64,000 bases of DNA from an uncultured delta proteobacterium (GTDB taxonomy: Bacteria; Myxococcota_A; Polyangia; Polyangiales; Polyangiaceae). Shown here piece after piece: positions 1 through 9,693 of this stretch. The notes beneath the pieces are model-generated. The model ran no database searches. It was not told the origin of the DNA and saw only the letters and a list, made by a program, of their open reading frames with translations. Within the stretch, counting starts at the first letter, position 1. Each line of letters begins with the position of its first letter. Location of the stretch: assembly GCA_963696385.1 (NCBI GenBank), contig CAVOKF010000005.1, positions 1,408,001 through 1,472,000 on the forward strand, given 5' to 3'. The position numbers and the translations under genes were made by a program.

Positions 1-2
1 TC

Positions 3-416
3 CTGTGGCTCAAGCGCGCCGAGCGGGCCGGCTGCGGCGCGCAACGGCCCAAGCACAACCGCAATGCCCTTCGCGCCAGCGCGTCGGGCCCGATACATTT
101 GGTCACTCAGGGCGGTCTCGCGTTGTGCGAGGCTGGCCGAGCTGCCGAGCCCCGCGATGGCGACCCCGGGTCCTGCCTCGCCGCGGGCTCGAAGCGCCCC
201 CTCAATGGCGTCGTCGATGACGTCGCCCAGTCGGCCGCGTATAGAGGGGCCGATTCCATCGAGCTCGGCGACGACCCAACCCGCGCGATCGAGTGCCTCG
301 CGGACGGTGTCTCGTTCGTCCGGCCGGACGAAGCGAACTGTTCCGAGCGGGTCGAGCGCGAGCGGACCGGAAGGCTCCACGGTGCAAGGGCCGCCGGAGT
401 CCCGAAGTGGATGCAT
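3..416 (-). CDS. Hypothetical protein, N-terminal part (runs off the left edge; absent from the ORF track)
   Basis: Open minus frame from ATG at 416 (MHPLRDSGGPCTVEPSGPLALDPLGTVRFVRPDERDTVREALDRAGWVVAELDG...) to the edge with no stop and a globular composition. Confidence 0.55.
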   Translation of the reverse strand, partial: MHPLRDSGGPCTVEPSGPLALDPLGTVRFVRPDERDTVREALDRAGWVVAELDGIGPSIRGRLGDVIDDAIEGALRARGEAGPGVAIAGLGSSASLAQRETALSDQMYRARRAGAKGIAVVLGPLRAAAGPLGALEPQ

Positions 417-897
417 GGTCACGGCTGCGATGTAGTCACGCGCGGCTCGCATTGGCCCAATTTGTGGCGGGGCGTGTGCCCGTTGACCCGGAGCGGACCG
501 ATGTTATCTTCGAGACTGTTCCCTCTGCCAGGTTCGAGATTGCCGGCATTACATGGATCCCGAACAACCACGAACCAGGGGGGCTCTGACCGCTCGGTGT
601 GCAGGCCGGGCCGACTCTCGACGAGCCGGATCCACTCGGAAGCCTAAAGCGCGGTCAACGCTCCCCACCTAGCCGCTGGCTAGGGGTTCATGTCGTCCGG
701 CACACGGCCCAGGCGGTAAGGAACAACCTCGTGCGCGAAAGCGCACGCGGATCTTCCGTGACGGGGGCGCTCGGCAAGAGCGCCCCCGTTCGCTTTCGCG
801 CACGCTCCGTTATGTGAGTTTGTTTGCGCGCCGGACGCATGGTCGAACCGTCGGTGAAGTCGATGGGTGCGGGGTGCTCGAGTTCGTGCTCGGCCGC

Positions 898-1938
898 TCA
901 TTCGAAATACAGGGTGGCTGCTTCGCCGACTCGCGCGACCTGTGCGTCGACGATGTCGATTACGGTTTTCTTGCGCGCATCGGCTCCGCTGACGATGCCG
1001 TTAGACAGCAGGGGTTCGCCCCGCGAGTCGGTGCCGAAGGCTTCGCGGAGGCGGATCGTGTCCAGGGCGCGAAGCTCGGCAACGAAGCTACGTGAAAATC
1101 GGATCACCTGACGCAGTACCGCCGCTTGGCGGGAAAGCGATTGTTCGGGCGGAGTCTCGAAGAACGCGCCATCGTTGTCGACATAGAGCAGCGTTCCGCT
1201 GGCACCGTCTCGTGCGACGTTTCCGCCGCTCCATCGATCCCAATTGGCCGTGATGTAGTCGAACGCGAGCAGGGTCGAAATGGCGCACGCCAGGGGCCGA
1301 TCGGCGTCCTCGATACGGACGTCCGGATCCATGAGCCACGCTTGCCATCGCGCCCGCCATGCCGGTCGCTCCAGCGCAACCTCCTCATAGCGCTCAATCC
1401 ACGGCATGAGTGCGCCGCGCACGCGGCCGTTCGGATCGACCTGCGCCATTCGATCGAATTGAACGGCGCCTTGCTGTGTCATGGCGGGTCGCAATTCGGA
1501 CGCCGCGAACTCGTGTGGGATCGCACGCGGAACGTTGGGAAGGCCGAGCGCTCGCGCGAGCCGATATGCGGCGATTTCGCCTTTGTATCGGCAACACCCG
1601 AGGGGCAGGTTGGACCGTGGCTTGAACACCGCCAGCAGGCCGTTCTCGAACGTGAGCTTTAGGACGTACGAAGTGTGCCCGATGCTCTTTGCCGTGCGCA
1701 GGCGGGTCGTGAGGTACGGGTCGGCGTCGGCGTCCGCGCGGATCGTCGCCTGAGGCGTCGCGCGTGCCCCGTCGGTCGAGGGCGCGTTCTCGGGTGGCCT
1801 GAGGCTGGAAGAGATCGAGGCACCCGCGAGGGCGCTCCGATTCCATATCCCGGTCGATGCGCTCTCTTTGCCACAGGCCGTGACCAGCACCGCGGCGCTA
1901 CAGCACACGCTGGCGAAGAAAGGTGACGATGCGCGCAT
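898..1938 (-). CDS. Lipoprotein with atypical kinase domain (Four-jointed/Fam20-like)
   Basis: Lipobox LVTA-C; motifs AVFKP, GEIAAYRLARALGL, FDYITANWDR and LYVDND. Confidence 0.7.
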   Translation of the reverse strand: MRASSPFFASVCCSAAVLVTACGKESASTGIWNRSALAGASISSSLRPPENAPSTDGARATPQATIRADADADPYLTTRLRTAKSIGHTSYVLKLTFENGLLAVFKPRSNLPLGCCRYKGEIAAYRLARALGLPNVPRAIPHEFAASELRPAMTQQGAVQFDRMAQVDPNGRVRGALMPWIERYEEVALERPAWRARWQAWLMDPDVRIEDADRPLACAISTLLAFDYITANWDRWSGGNVARDGASGTLLYVDNDGAFFETPPEQSLSRQAAVLRQVIRFSRSFVAELRALDTIRLREAFGTDSRGEPLLSNGIVSGADARKKTVIDIVDAQVARVGEAATLYFE

Positions 1939-2793
1939 TGACGAGCTCCGGCTGCTCGATGGGCGTGACGTGCGTTCCGCGCTCGACCATCAAGAGCTCA
2001 CCGTTCGGGATCATCTCCGCCATGGCGCGCGCGAGAAACGCGGGAGTGAAGGTGTCCCGCTCGCCAGCGACCACGAGCACGGGAACTTCGATGCGCGTGA
2101 GCAAGTCCCCGGCCGTGTGGCGGCCCGCCGCACGCAGCATCCGCAGAAACATCGGGAAATCCACGTGCGTCATATGGATGAGGTAAGGCAGCATATCCTC
2201 CGCGTGGACACGCTCCGGGTCGATTTCGCCGGCCTTTAGCGCGAATTTGAGCGACAGGCGGGGCGGCAACCGGCTCCATAGAGCGCGCACGAGATCCGGG
2301 AACCTCTCCACCACGTCGAGAAATCTCGGCAGGATCAGGTCGAGCAGCGGCACTCCGTGGAACGTACTCGTGACGTTGCCAAATGTGCCGCAGAGCAAGA
2401 CGAGGCCGCGCACTCGCTCGGGCCTCTGCCGGTAGGCTTCGAGCGCAACCTGGCAACCCATCGAGTGCCCGAACAGCACGCACGGCGGATCGCCGACGTG
2501 GCGACGCACAGCCTCGAGGTCCTCGGCCAGCGCGGCGATGTCGATCCGATCCGGGTCCGCCGGGGGCGCGCTACGGCCGTGTCCCCGATAGTGCCAGTGG
2601 ACGACGGGCACGATCGACGCCAGAGCGTCCCATAAGTACTTCCAGATGAAGCCGTCGCAGAGGATACCGTCGCTCAGTATCGCATGCACGTCTTCGGGCG
2701 CGTACCCCCCCTTCGTATGCGCACATAAAGTCGCGTGCCGTCCGGGCCGAGTGCGAACGACTCTCGAGCCTCAAACGGCCGCGCCGTCGGCAC
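1898..2793 (-). CDS. Alpha/beta hydrolase with apparent frameshift at a G7 run (plus-strand C7, 2705-2711)
   Basis: YRGHGRS, GHSMG nucleophile elbow, GERD and GTH in the 1898..2689 frame; typical N-terminus (GPDGTRLYVR) lies in another frame from GTG at 2793. Confidence 0.8.
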
Positions 2794-2807
2794 CGAGTCG
2801 TTCGCGC

Positions 2808-3044
2808 TCAGCCGCCTTCCTCGTCATCGGAGCCCTCGACGTCATTGACGCTCGGCAGTTTTTTTATCTCAGTCCTCGAAATCTTCCACGCGCGTTGCAC
2901 GACCCAGGAGAGTGACCGGTCGAGGCGGGCCGCTTCCTCCTTGATCTCCTGCAGCATCGATTCGGGGAAATACAAGCTTTGCTTGCGCTTGTCTGTTTTC
3001 GATCCCGGCAAGTTTGCCGTCGAATCCTTGTCACTCGTCGCCAA
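2808..3044 (-). CDS. Small myxobacterial protein, TIGR04563 (MXAN_4361/4362-type), probably ribbon-helix-helix-like
   Basis: RKQSLYFPESMLQEIKEEAARLDRSLSWVVQRAWK; GAAGGAGG ribosome-binding site before TTG at 3044. Confidence 0.8.
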   Translation of the reverse strand: MATSDKDSTANLPGSKTDKRKQSLYFPESMLQEIKEEAARLDRSLSWVVQRAWKISRTEIKKLPSVNDVEGSDDEEGG

Positions 3045-3357
3045 GGTTGCCTCCTTCGGGGTGAGCAGCGCGTAATGTGAGGCGGGGCGCTGCGTTCGCC
3101 TGCACCATGGTACCGCTACTATCGGCTTCCTTACGAGTGGGATCAAGCTAAGCGCTTTGTCACGCGACAGATGGCCGGTCCATCGCGATCGGTCGCAGCG
3201 CCCGGCCGAATCGCCCCGGCTGGCGCTGCCCGGCGATCCAGGCCCCCGGGCGAGCGGCGAGGACAGAGGCCCGCCGGGTCGAGCTTACGCCGCGACCGAG
3301 GCCCTTCCTGGTGTATGGCTCGGGCGCACTTTCGATGCGCGGATTAGCTTTCGACCC

Positions 3358-4710
3358 ATGGGTCGATCGATGGCGAAGCTCGTACTCGTTCCCGGTTGCA
3401 TCGTCTCCGCGTTTGCCGGAGGAGCTTGCGTTGCCGCATTCGACCATGGGGCGCGCGCCTCGGGGGACGTGCCGTATGCCGCGCTCGATCAGCTCGGCCG
3501 CGTCCTCGTCGAGGTCGAAAACGAATACGTGGATCCCGTGAACCGGACGAAACTCGTCGACGGCGCCATCAAAGGTATGGTCTCCGAGCTCGACCCGCAC
3601 TCGAGCTACATGTCGCCCGACGAATTTTCGGCGTTCGAGAGCGATACCGAGGGTCAGTTCGGAGGGATCGGTATCGAAGTCGAGGAGCGCAGCGAGCAGC
3701 TCATCGTGCTCGCACCGATCGATGGATCGCCTGCTGACAGGGCCGGCATTCGCAGCGGCGACATCATCGTGAGCGTCGACGGTCAGGATCCAAGCGCGCA
3801 ACCACTCGACAAGCTCGTGAAGCGCCTTCGCGGAGCGCCAGGCTCGCACGTGAAGGTCGGCGTACGACGTCCCGGCGCCTCCGACCACTTGGCGTTCGAC
3901 CTCGTTCGCGAAGTGATTCACGTGCCGAGCGTGGCGTCCAAGCTTCTCTCCGACCGCATCGCTTACATTCGCATCAAGCAGTTTCAGGAGCACACGCACG
4001 ACGAGCTACTCGACGCCGCGGGTCGCCTGCGCGTGCGCGCGAGTGGGCCGCTGTCCGGGATCATTCTCGACCTGCGGGGCGACCCTGGAGGGCTGGTCGA
4101 TCAAGCCGCTGACGTTGCGGATGAGTTTCTCGACGGGGGCATCATCTACACCACGCGCCACCGCGGTCTGGTCGTCGATGAGATCAAGGCGAGGGCCAAT
4201 GGTGCGTTCAGTACCGAGCCCTGCGTGGTCCTCGTCAATCAGTATACGGCGAGCGCTTCGGAGCTCGTGGCCGGTGCGCTGCAGGATCACAAGCGCGCAA
4301 TCATCGTCGGCGAGTCCACTTTCGGAAAGGGAAGTGTCCAGGCGATCGTCTCGTTGCCCGGCGGCGCCGGGATGCGACTGACTGTTTCTCGCTATTACAC
4401 GCCGAGCGGCCATGCGATCCAGGCGGATGGCGTGCATCCGGATGTCGCCGTCGAGCTGAAGAAGGAAGAGGGAGGCATGTCCTTCAGGGAGAAAGATCTT
4501 GACGGACATCTCGCCGCCGAGACCCTCGCGCCTGCGGGCAAACCGAGAAGCGTCGTCATCCTTGCAATCGACGGGGGAACGTCGCCGACTACGGCCTCCG
4601 GCAGCGAGGCACGCGATATTCCCGACGATCCCGACAGGGGCCCGGATCCGGTGCTCAAGGTCGGATGGCAGGTGCTCCGGCAAGCGATCGCCGGCCGCTC
4701 GTCGCCATGA
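3358..4710 (+). CDS. ctpA: Carboxyl-terminal processing protease, S41A family with PDZ domain
   Basis: LDPHSSY, FGGIGI PDZ loop, DLRGDPGG, TASASE (catalytic Ser), TFGKGSVQ, YYTPSG; start 3358 or 3370. Confidence 0.92.
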   Translation: MGRSMAKLVLVPGCIVSAFAGGACVAAFDHGARASGDVPYAALDQLGRVLVEVENEYVDPVNRTKLVDGAIKGMVSELDPHSSYMSPDEFSAFESDTEGQFGGIGIEVEERSEQLIVLAPIDGSPADRAGIRSGDIIVSVDGQDPSAQPLDKLVKRLRGAPGSHVKVGVRRPGASDHLAFDLVREVIHVPSVASKLLSDRIAYIRIKQFQEHTHDELLDAAGRLRVRASGPLSGIILDLRGDPGGLVDQAADVADEFLDGGIIYTTRHRGLVVDEIKARANGAFSTEPCVVLVNQYTASASELVAGALQDHKRAIIVGESTFGKGSVQAIVSLPGGAGMRLTVSRYYTPSGHAIQADGVHPDVAVELKKEEGGMSFREKDLDGHLAAETLAPAGKPRSVVILAIDGGTSPTTASGSEARDIPDDPDRGPDPVLKVGWQVLRQAIAGRSSP

Positions 4711-5926
4711 GTCCTGCGGCGGCCGCTCCCGCGCGGACTCCGCTCGAAAGCGATGTGAGCCATCCGCGGGCAGCGTCGGCCACGACTTCGCCCGCCGCAA
4801 AGATCCCCGATACCCCTCGGGCGGCACCGTCGACGCCGGTCAGTATGCCCGCCCGATTCATCATTGGGCTCTGCGCGAACGGGGAGGCGATCGACTCCGG
4901 CGGGGCTCCGAAGAGGGAACCGGGCAGCTCGAGCGCCCGGCCGTTCATGCCCATCCAGACGGGCGCGTCGATCGTGATTCGCAGCGGCGGCTGGGCCCGG
5001 GCGGGCAGCGTCGTCGCGAACGTAGCCTCGGACGGCGCGTACTCGAGGCCTCCGCCGACCAGCCCCCCGATGGCCAGGACGACGGCATGCCCCTCGAACG
5101 ATGCCCCTTCCTCCGTTTCGACGCGCCACATCGCTGGGCGGATGTGCAAGCCTCGCGCGCGCAGGCGCACGTAGGTGGCGCCGCATGCGCGGAAGGCGCG
5201 GTCGCGAGCGCGCTCGAAGCGCAACCCTGCGGGGCCGCCGGGGAGCGCGACGGCCTCTCCGCAGCAAACGCCGGCGAGGCGCGAGAGATCCTCTGCGCGA
5301 GCACGTTCGACGCCCAGCATCGGCGGCAAAACGACACCGTTGTACGCTCCACCCGCCGCCGCGAGATCCCGGCGCAGCCGTTCGGCGAGCCAGATCAGGC
5401 GAGCATCGTCGTCGTGACGTGAGGCGAGTTCCGCGTCCGGCAGCACCTCCTCGTCGGAGTGGCGCAGCACGGATGCGTCGACGGCGCAGTAAGAAGGGCC
5501 CCAAGCACGCGCGAGCGCGTCGGCGTCCCACCCGGATCGCTCGCAGCGGGCGACCGCGACGCAGGGGTCCACGAGGGCAGCCACGTCGAGCAGCGCGGAG
5601 TCACAGCCCCGTGCATGTCGAACGACGCCGGCGGTCGTAACCAGTGTCGCACCCGCCTGCGGAACGAGGTAGCCGCCGAGGGCTTCGAGCGTCGCGCGCA
5701 CGTCGGCGTCGATGACCTCGTCATGAGCCGTGAGCCGCGTGTGCCAAGGCGCGAAATCGAGCGCGCCCGTTGTGAGCATGGACGCCCCGGTTCCCCCGTC
5801 GAGAACCGTCACCTCGGCCCCGGCCTGTGCCGCGGAGATGACCGCTGCTGTGCCGGCGATTCCCGCCCCGATGACGACCACTCGCCGAGCCGGCGATGCG
5901 TCGCCCTCCGCCACCGGCGCGATCAA
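4655..5926 (-). CDS. glpB: FAD-binding protein, anaerobic glycerol-3-phosphate dehydrogenase subunit B-like
   Basis: VIGAGIAG, SMLTTGALD, PGGPAGLRF, AIGGLVGGGL; overlaps the stop of the glpA-like gene. Confidence 0.65.
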   Translation of the reverse strand: MIAPVAEGDASPARRVVVIGAGIAGTAAVISAAQAGAEVTVLDGGTGASMLTTGALDFAPWHTRLTAHDEVIDADVRATLEALGGYLVPQAGATLVTTAGVVRHARGCDSALLDVAALVDPCVAVARCERSGWDADALARAWGPSYCAVDASVLRHSDEEVLPDAELASRHDDDARLIWLAERLRRDLAAAGGAYNGVVLPPMLGVERARAEDLSRLAGVCCGEAVALPGGPAGLRFERARDRAFRACGATYVRLRARGLHIRPAMWRVETEEGASFEGHAVVLAIGGLVGGGLEYAPSEATFATTLPARAQPPLRITIDAPVWMGMNGRALELPGSLFGAPPESIASPFAQSPMMNRAGILTGVDGAARGVSGIFAAGEVVADAARGWLTSLSSGVRAGAAAAGLMATSGRRSLAGAPAIRP

Positions 5927-7659
5927 GTCGACTCACCCAGCGACGAGCTCAAATGCGCTGACGTCAACGCCTCCTGCCGAGCCTGATCGGGGCCGAGCGC
6001 GACGGCGCGCGCGCGCGTCTGCCGACCGATAAACTCCAGGGCCATCTGCCGGCCCATCGCCGGGGCCAGGCCTAGCTCACTCACCACGAGCTGCCCGCAT
6101 CGAGCGGCACAGCGCATTCCTCCGCATGCGCCGAGTCCCAACCGCGTCCGTCGCGCGACGTCATCGACGGTCTGGGCCAGCTCATGCCGAATCGTGTACC
6201 GCACTTCGGCTTCCAGGACGGGTTCGCACGGGCATGTCACGTCCCGTTCGGTCCGGCAGCGCGCGGTTCGGTCGAGGATGTCGATGGCGCGTCCGCCGTA
6301 TCGGTAAACGAGTCGTCGCGCCGCTACCGGCGTAACGGCGTACTTGGCGGCTATCGCGATCGCGTCGGGAATGCCATCGCCTCCCGGCAGCCGGCGTGTG
6401 TGTGTCGAGCACCTCGTGTTCACGGAGAATTCGCGCGGCGCGACGACGTCGCACAACTCCTGCGCGAACAAGCGGTAACTCGCAAGCTTGCCGCCGATGA
6501 GCGAGTAAACGCCGGGGGCTCCATCGCTGCCGTGCTCGACGACTCGGTGGTCGCGCGACAGCGCATCTTCGTTGCGCCCGTACTCGTACAGTGTCGGCCG
6601 CACGCCCGCGTACGTTCCAATCGCACGAGCGAGCCGCACGCTCGGAAATACGCGCGCAATGCCTTGCACGAGGTAGCGCACCTCTTCGCTCGTCGCACAC
6701 ACGTCGTCGAGGTCACCGTAGAAATCATCGTCGGTGGTACCCAGAACGCTGACGTTTTGCCATGGCTCGAGAAAAATCTGTCGCCCGTCGATCGCTTCGG
6801 AAAGAATGCCGTAGTTCGTGATGCGGCGATCGAGCACCACGTGAATTCCCTTTCCGGGGCGGACGCGCACGCGCGCCTGGGGCAAGCCCCCGAGTGCGGC
6901 CGTCACGGGCGCCCATGCGCCGGTCGCGTTCACGACGACGCGCGCGCGCACGCGCAAGCGCCTGCCCGACAGGCGGTTTCGCGCCTCGACGACGTATCGG
7001 CAGGGCTCACCGGTTCGGGCCGCGCGCCCAATCGATTCGACCGTCGTATGCACGTGCACGCGGGCTCCGTGCTCGATGGCATCGAGGGCGTTGAGGACGC
7101 AGAGGCGTGCGCCGTCGACTCCCCACTCGTCGAACGACACGCCACCCACCAGTCCTCCGATGAGGCCTGGCTCGAGCCGGCCGAGAGCGTTGGCGTCGAG
7201 TCGGCAATGAGGTTTCCCGCGCTTGAGTGGCTGATAGTCGTCGTACGCGCGGAAGTAGGCGTCAACGAGTTCGAGTGCGACGCGCGCCGTCGGCCCGTCT
7301 CGAAGGGGCAGCAAGAACGGGATTCGAAAGAGCAAATGCGGTGCGATGTGCTGGATGTACCCCGAGTCACGGCACGAGCTTTCGGTGACGTGTGGGGCGC
7401 GCGAGAGATAGCGCACCCCGCCGTGAATCATGCCGCTCGAGTTTCCGCTCGCGCCGAACGCCAGATCGTGGCGTTCGAACACAACGACGCCGAGGCCGCG
7501 AAGCGCCAGATCGCGCGCTACCCCCACACCGTTGATGCCCCCCCCGATGATGGCCACGTCGGTCTCGTCCGAGTTCGACGTGTCGACCCAAGGCATCGCC
7601 GCGGCACCCGGAGCGAGCGACGAGATGGATGGGGCGGCGGGCACGACGGTTGGGCTCAT
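5923..7659 (-). CDS. glpA: Glycerol-3-phosphate dehydrogenase subunit A-like, with C-terminal BFD-like [2Fe-2S] domain
   Basis: IIGGGING, GASGNSSGMIHGGVRYL, NATGAW, GTTD, AGVRP, GGKL; C-terminal CPCE...RRTRLGLGACGGMRC. Confidence 0.85.
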   Translation of the reverse strand: MSPTVVPAAPSISSLAPGAAAMPWVDTSNSDETDVAIIGGGINGVGVARDLALRGLGVVVFERHDLAFGASGNSSGMIHGGVRYLSRAPHVTESSCRDSGYIQHIAPHLLFRIPFLLPLRDGPTARVALELVDAYFRAYDDYQPLKRGKPHCRLDANALGRLEPGLIGGLVGGVSFDEWGVDGARLCVLNALDAIEHGARVHVHTTVESIGRAARTGEPCRYVVEARNRLSGRRLRVRARVVVNATGAWAPVTAALGGLPQARVRVRPGKGIHVVLDRRITNYGILSEAIDGRQIFLEPWQNVSVLGTTDDDFYGDLDDVCATSEEVRYLVQGIARVFPSVRLARAIGTYAGVRPTLYEYGRNEDALSRDHRVVEHGSDGAPGVYSLIGGKLASYRLFAQELCDVVAPREFSVNTRCSTHTRRLPGGDGIPDAIAIAAKYAVTPVAARRLVYRYGGRAIDILDRTARCRTERDVTCPCEPVLEAEVRYTIRHELAQTVDDVARRTRLGLGACGGMRCAARCGQLVVSELGLAPAMGRQMALEFIGRQTRARAVALGPDQARQEALTSAHLSSSLGEST

Positions 7660-7671
7660 ACCACGTGGCGT

Positions 7672-8778
7672 TTACGTCTCGTCCGAGCTCGCGCGCGCCC
7701 GCTTGGCGCGGCGGGAAAAGCGTTCGAGTACGCCGTCCACGACATCGAAGAGTTCGCGGTTGCCGTCTTGCCGGTGCTTGGCCACGCGGCTCGCATACTT
7801 CGGCGCTTCGGCCAAAAAAAGCCGCAGTAGATCCGCTTCGATGCGGGGCGCTTCAAGGCCGTAACCAATGTGCTCGAGATAACGTGCATTGAGAACCTGC
7901 TCGTACTGGTTGCCGACCGGGACGCTCAGGATGGGCTTGCCGAGAAACAGTGCTTCGCCGATGAGCGATAGTCCGCCGTTGCACACGACCGCGCGTGCCG
8001 TCGCGAGGTCATCGACAAATCCGTCCTCGCTGAACTCTTTGAGAATGCAGTTCCCGCGCTTGGCATTTCTCCGGAGGCCGTAGACGACGAACTCTCGCTC
8101 GCGGACTTGCTCCAGCTCGTCGAGCAGCTTCGTATCGCTCGTCGAGGTTTGATAAACGAGCACATGGTCGCCGAGACGAGCACGTTTTTTCGCCTCGACG
8201 ATCGGGGCCCGGAGAATGGGCGGCACGAGCGTCGTATCCTTTCGGAAACGGTTGCGAATCGGCGCCTCGAAAAACGTGGTCACGACGTAGTGGCTGCAGC
8301 CGGGCAGCTTGGCTCGAACGAACGCCTTGGTCATTTGATAGTCGACCTTTACGCCGACCTTTGCGAACTTTCCGAGCCTGCAGCGGCTAATGATCTGTTG
8401 GTTGTCGATCGACACGATGGGGATCCGGTGCCGCTTGGCGAAGAGGTAAGCGAATGAATCGAAGTCGCTGATGACGACATCGGCCCGGAATCGGGCCACC
8501 TTGTCGAAGTAGGCTCCGACGTTGGTCGCGAGCATCCAGGGAGCGGCGAGGACGTTTCGCGCGAGCGTGCCGTCACGATCCACGCGGTTGTCGACGTAGC
8601 GAATGGTGAGCCCGCGGATTTCCACGACATCGTGGAACGACTTGGCCAACATCGCATGCGCGCGGCCACTGACGACGATCTTGACGTCGTGTCCCCGCTC
8701 GACGAGGTGCTCGCAGACGACCTTGCTGCGCGTCGCATGCCCCATTCCCTCGCCGACGACGCCGTAAAGGATGCGCAT
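7672..8778 (-). CDS. Glycosyltransferase, MJ1255/VC2487 family (GT-B)
   Basis: MRILYGVVGEGMGHATRS, ISDFD, SIDNQ, GGLSLIGEA, QYEQVLNA. Confidence 0.88.
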   Translation of the reverse strand: MRILYGVVGEGMGHATRSKVVCEHLVERGHDVKIVVSGRAHAMLAKSFHDVVEIRGLTIRYVDNRVDRDGTLARNVLAAPWMLATNVGAYFDKVARFRADVVISDFDSFAYLFAKRHRIPIVSIDNQQIISRCRLGKFAKVGVKVDYQMTKAFVRAKLPGCSHYVVTTFFEAPIRNRFRKDTTLVPPILRAPIVEAKKRARLGDHVLVYQTSTSDTKLLDELEQVREREFVVYGLRRNAKRGNCILKEFSEDGFVDDLATARAVVCNGGLSLIGEALFLGKPILSVPVGNQYEQVLNARYLEHIGYGLEAPRIEADLLRLFLAEAPKYASRVAKHRQDGNRELFDVVDGVLERFSRRAKRARASSDET

Positions 8779-8808
8779 GGCCGTGCACCACCCGAGCGCG
8801 GGTGCATC

Positions 8809-9543
8809 CTATCCGCGAATTCGGACCGACCAGGTCAGCTTCACGAGGCTCTTCATGACGTTCGGGACGCGCTTGAACAGGTTGATGCTGGGGGGCCGCT
8901 TCTCGATGACATGCACGGGCACTTCCTTGATGACGATCCCGCCGCGGTCTGCGCGGATGACGAACTCGCTGGCAAAGACGTCCTTGTCGATGAGGCATGC
9001 CCGAACGACGTCGAGCAGGGCCAGGCGCCGGAAAGCCTTGAGACCGTGCGTGTCCGTCCCACGGAAGCCGAGGAGCAACCTGAGCAGGGTCGAATAGGCG
9101 ATGCTCGCTGCATGCCGGATAAGGGGTCGCTCATCGGCAGAGCCTACGGCGAGTTTGCTCCCGATGACCAGATCGGCCTGGCCGGTCTCGAGAATGTCGA
9201 CGGCATGTCGGTGAAAGTCGGTGTCGCACAGGTCGATCTCGTCGCAGATGACGAGGTCGCCACGCGCGAGGAGGATGCCTTGCTTCAGCGCCTTGCCGTA
9301 GTTCGGTTCCCCTAAGCTGATGATCTTGACCTGTCCGTCGGCCTCGTCACCGTACTTGGCGGCGAGCTCGTGGCCGATCTCGACCGTCCGGTCCTTCGAG
9401 CCGTTCTCGGCAAGAATCACCTCATAGCTCCATCCGAGTGGCTTGAGCCGCTCCCGAAGGTCGACCACGGCGGCGTGCAGAATGGCCTGCTCGTTGTAGA
9501 TGGGAATGACGATCGAAATGTGCGGATCTGCCAAGTGAGGCAT
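8809..9543 (-). CDS. Glycosyltransferase family 2 (Dol-P glycosyltransferase-like)
   Basis: ISIVIPIYNE, ENGSKDRT, YGKAL, DEID, DTHGLKAF; start could be 9570. Confidence 0.85.
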   Translation of the reverse strand: MPHLADPHISIVIPIYNEQAILHAAVVDLRERLKPLGWSYEVILAENGSKDRTVEIGHELAAKYGDEADGQVKIISLGEPNYGKALKQGILLARGDLVICDEIDLCDTDFHRHAVDILETGQADLVIGSKLAVGSADERPLIRHAASIAYSTLLRLLLGFRGTDTHGLKAFRRLALLDVVRACLIDKDVFASEFVIRADRGGIVIKEVPVHVIEKRPPSINLFKRVPNVMKSLVKLTWSVRIRG

Positions 9544-9693
9544 CGCGCGGGGTCGCTCAACGGCTGCCATGGAAAGGTGCGTGCTAATTACGAGAAACGC
9601 GGCGGTTTGAATAGGGGCTGGCGACGATTTCGCGCCGCTCGCCGGACCGCCCCTGCACGGGGTGGCCTCCGTCCGCACGACGGAGGGTCTTGG

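Noticed and set aside
420..897. Small ORFs in the left intergenic region
   Set aside because: No motifs or convincing ribosome-binding site; probably promoter or spacer DNA.
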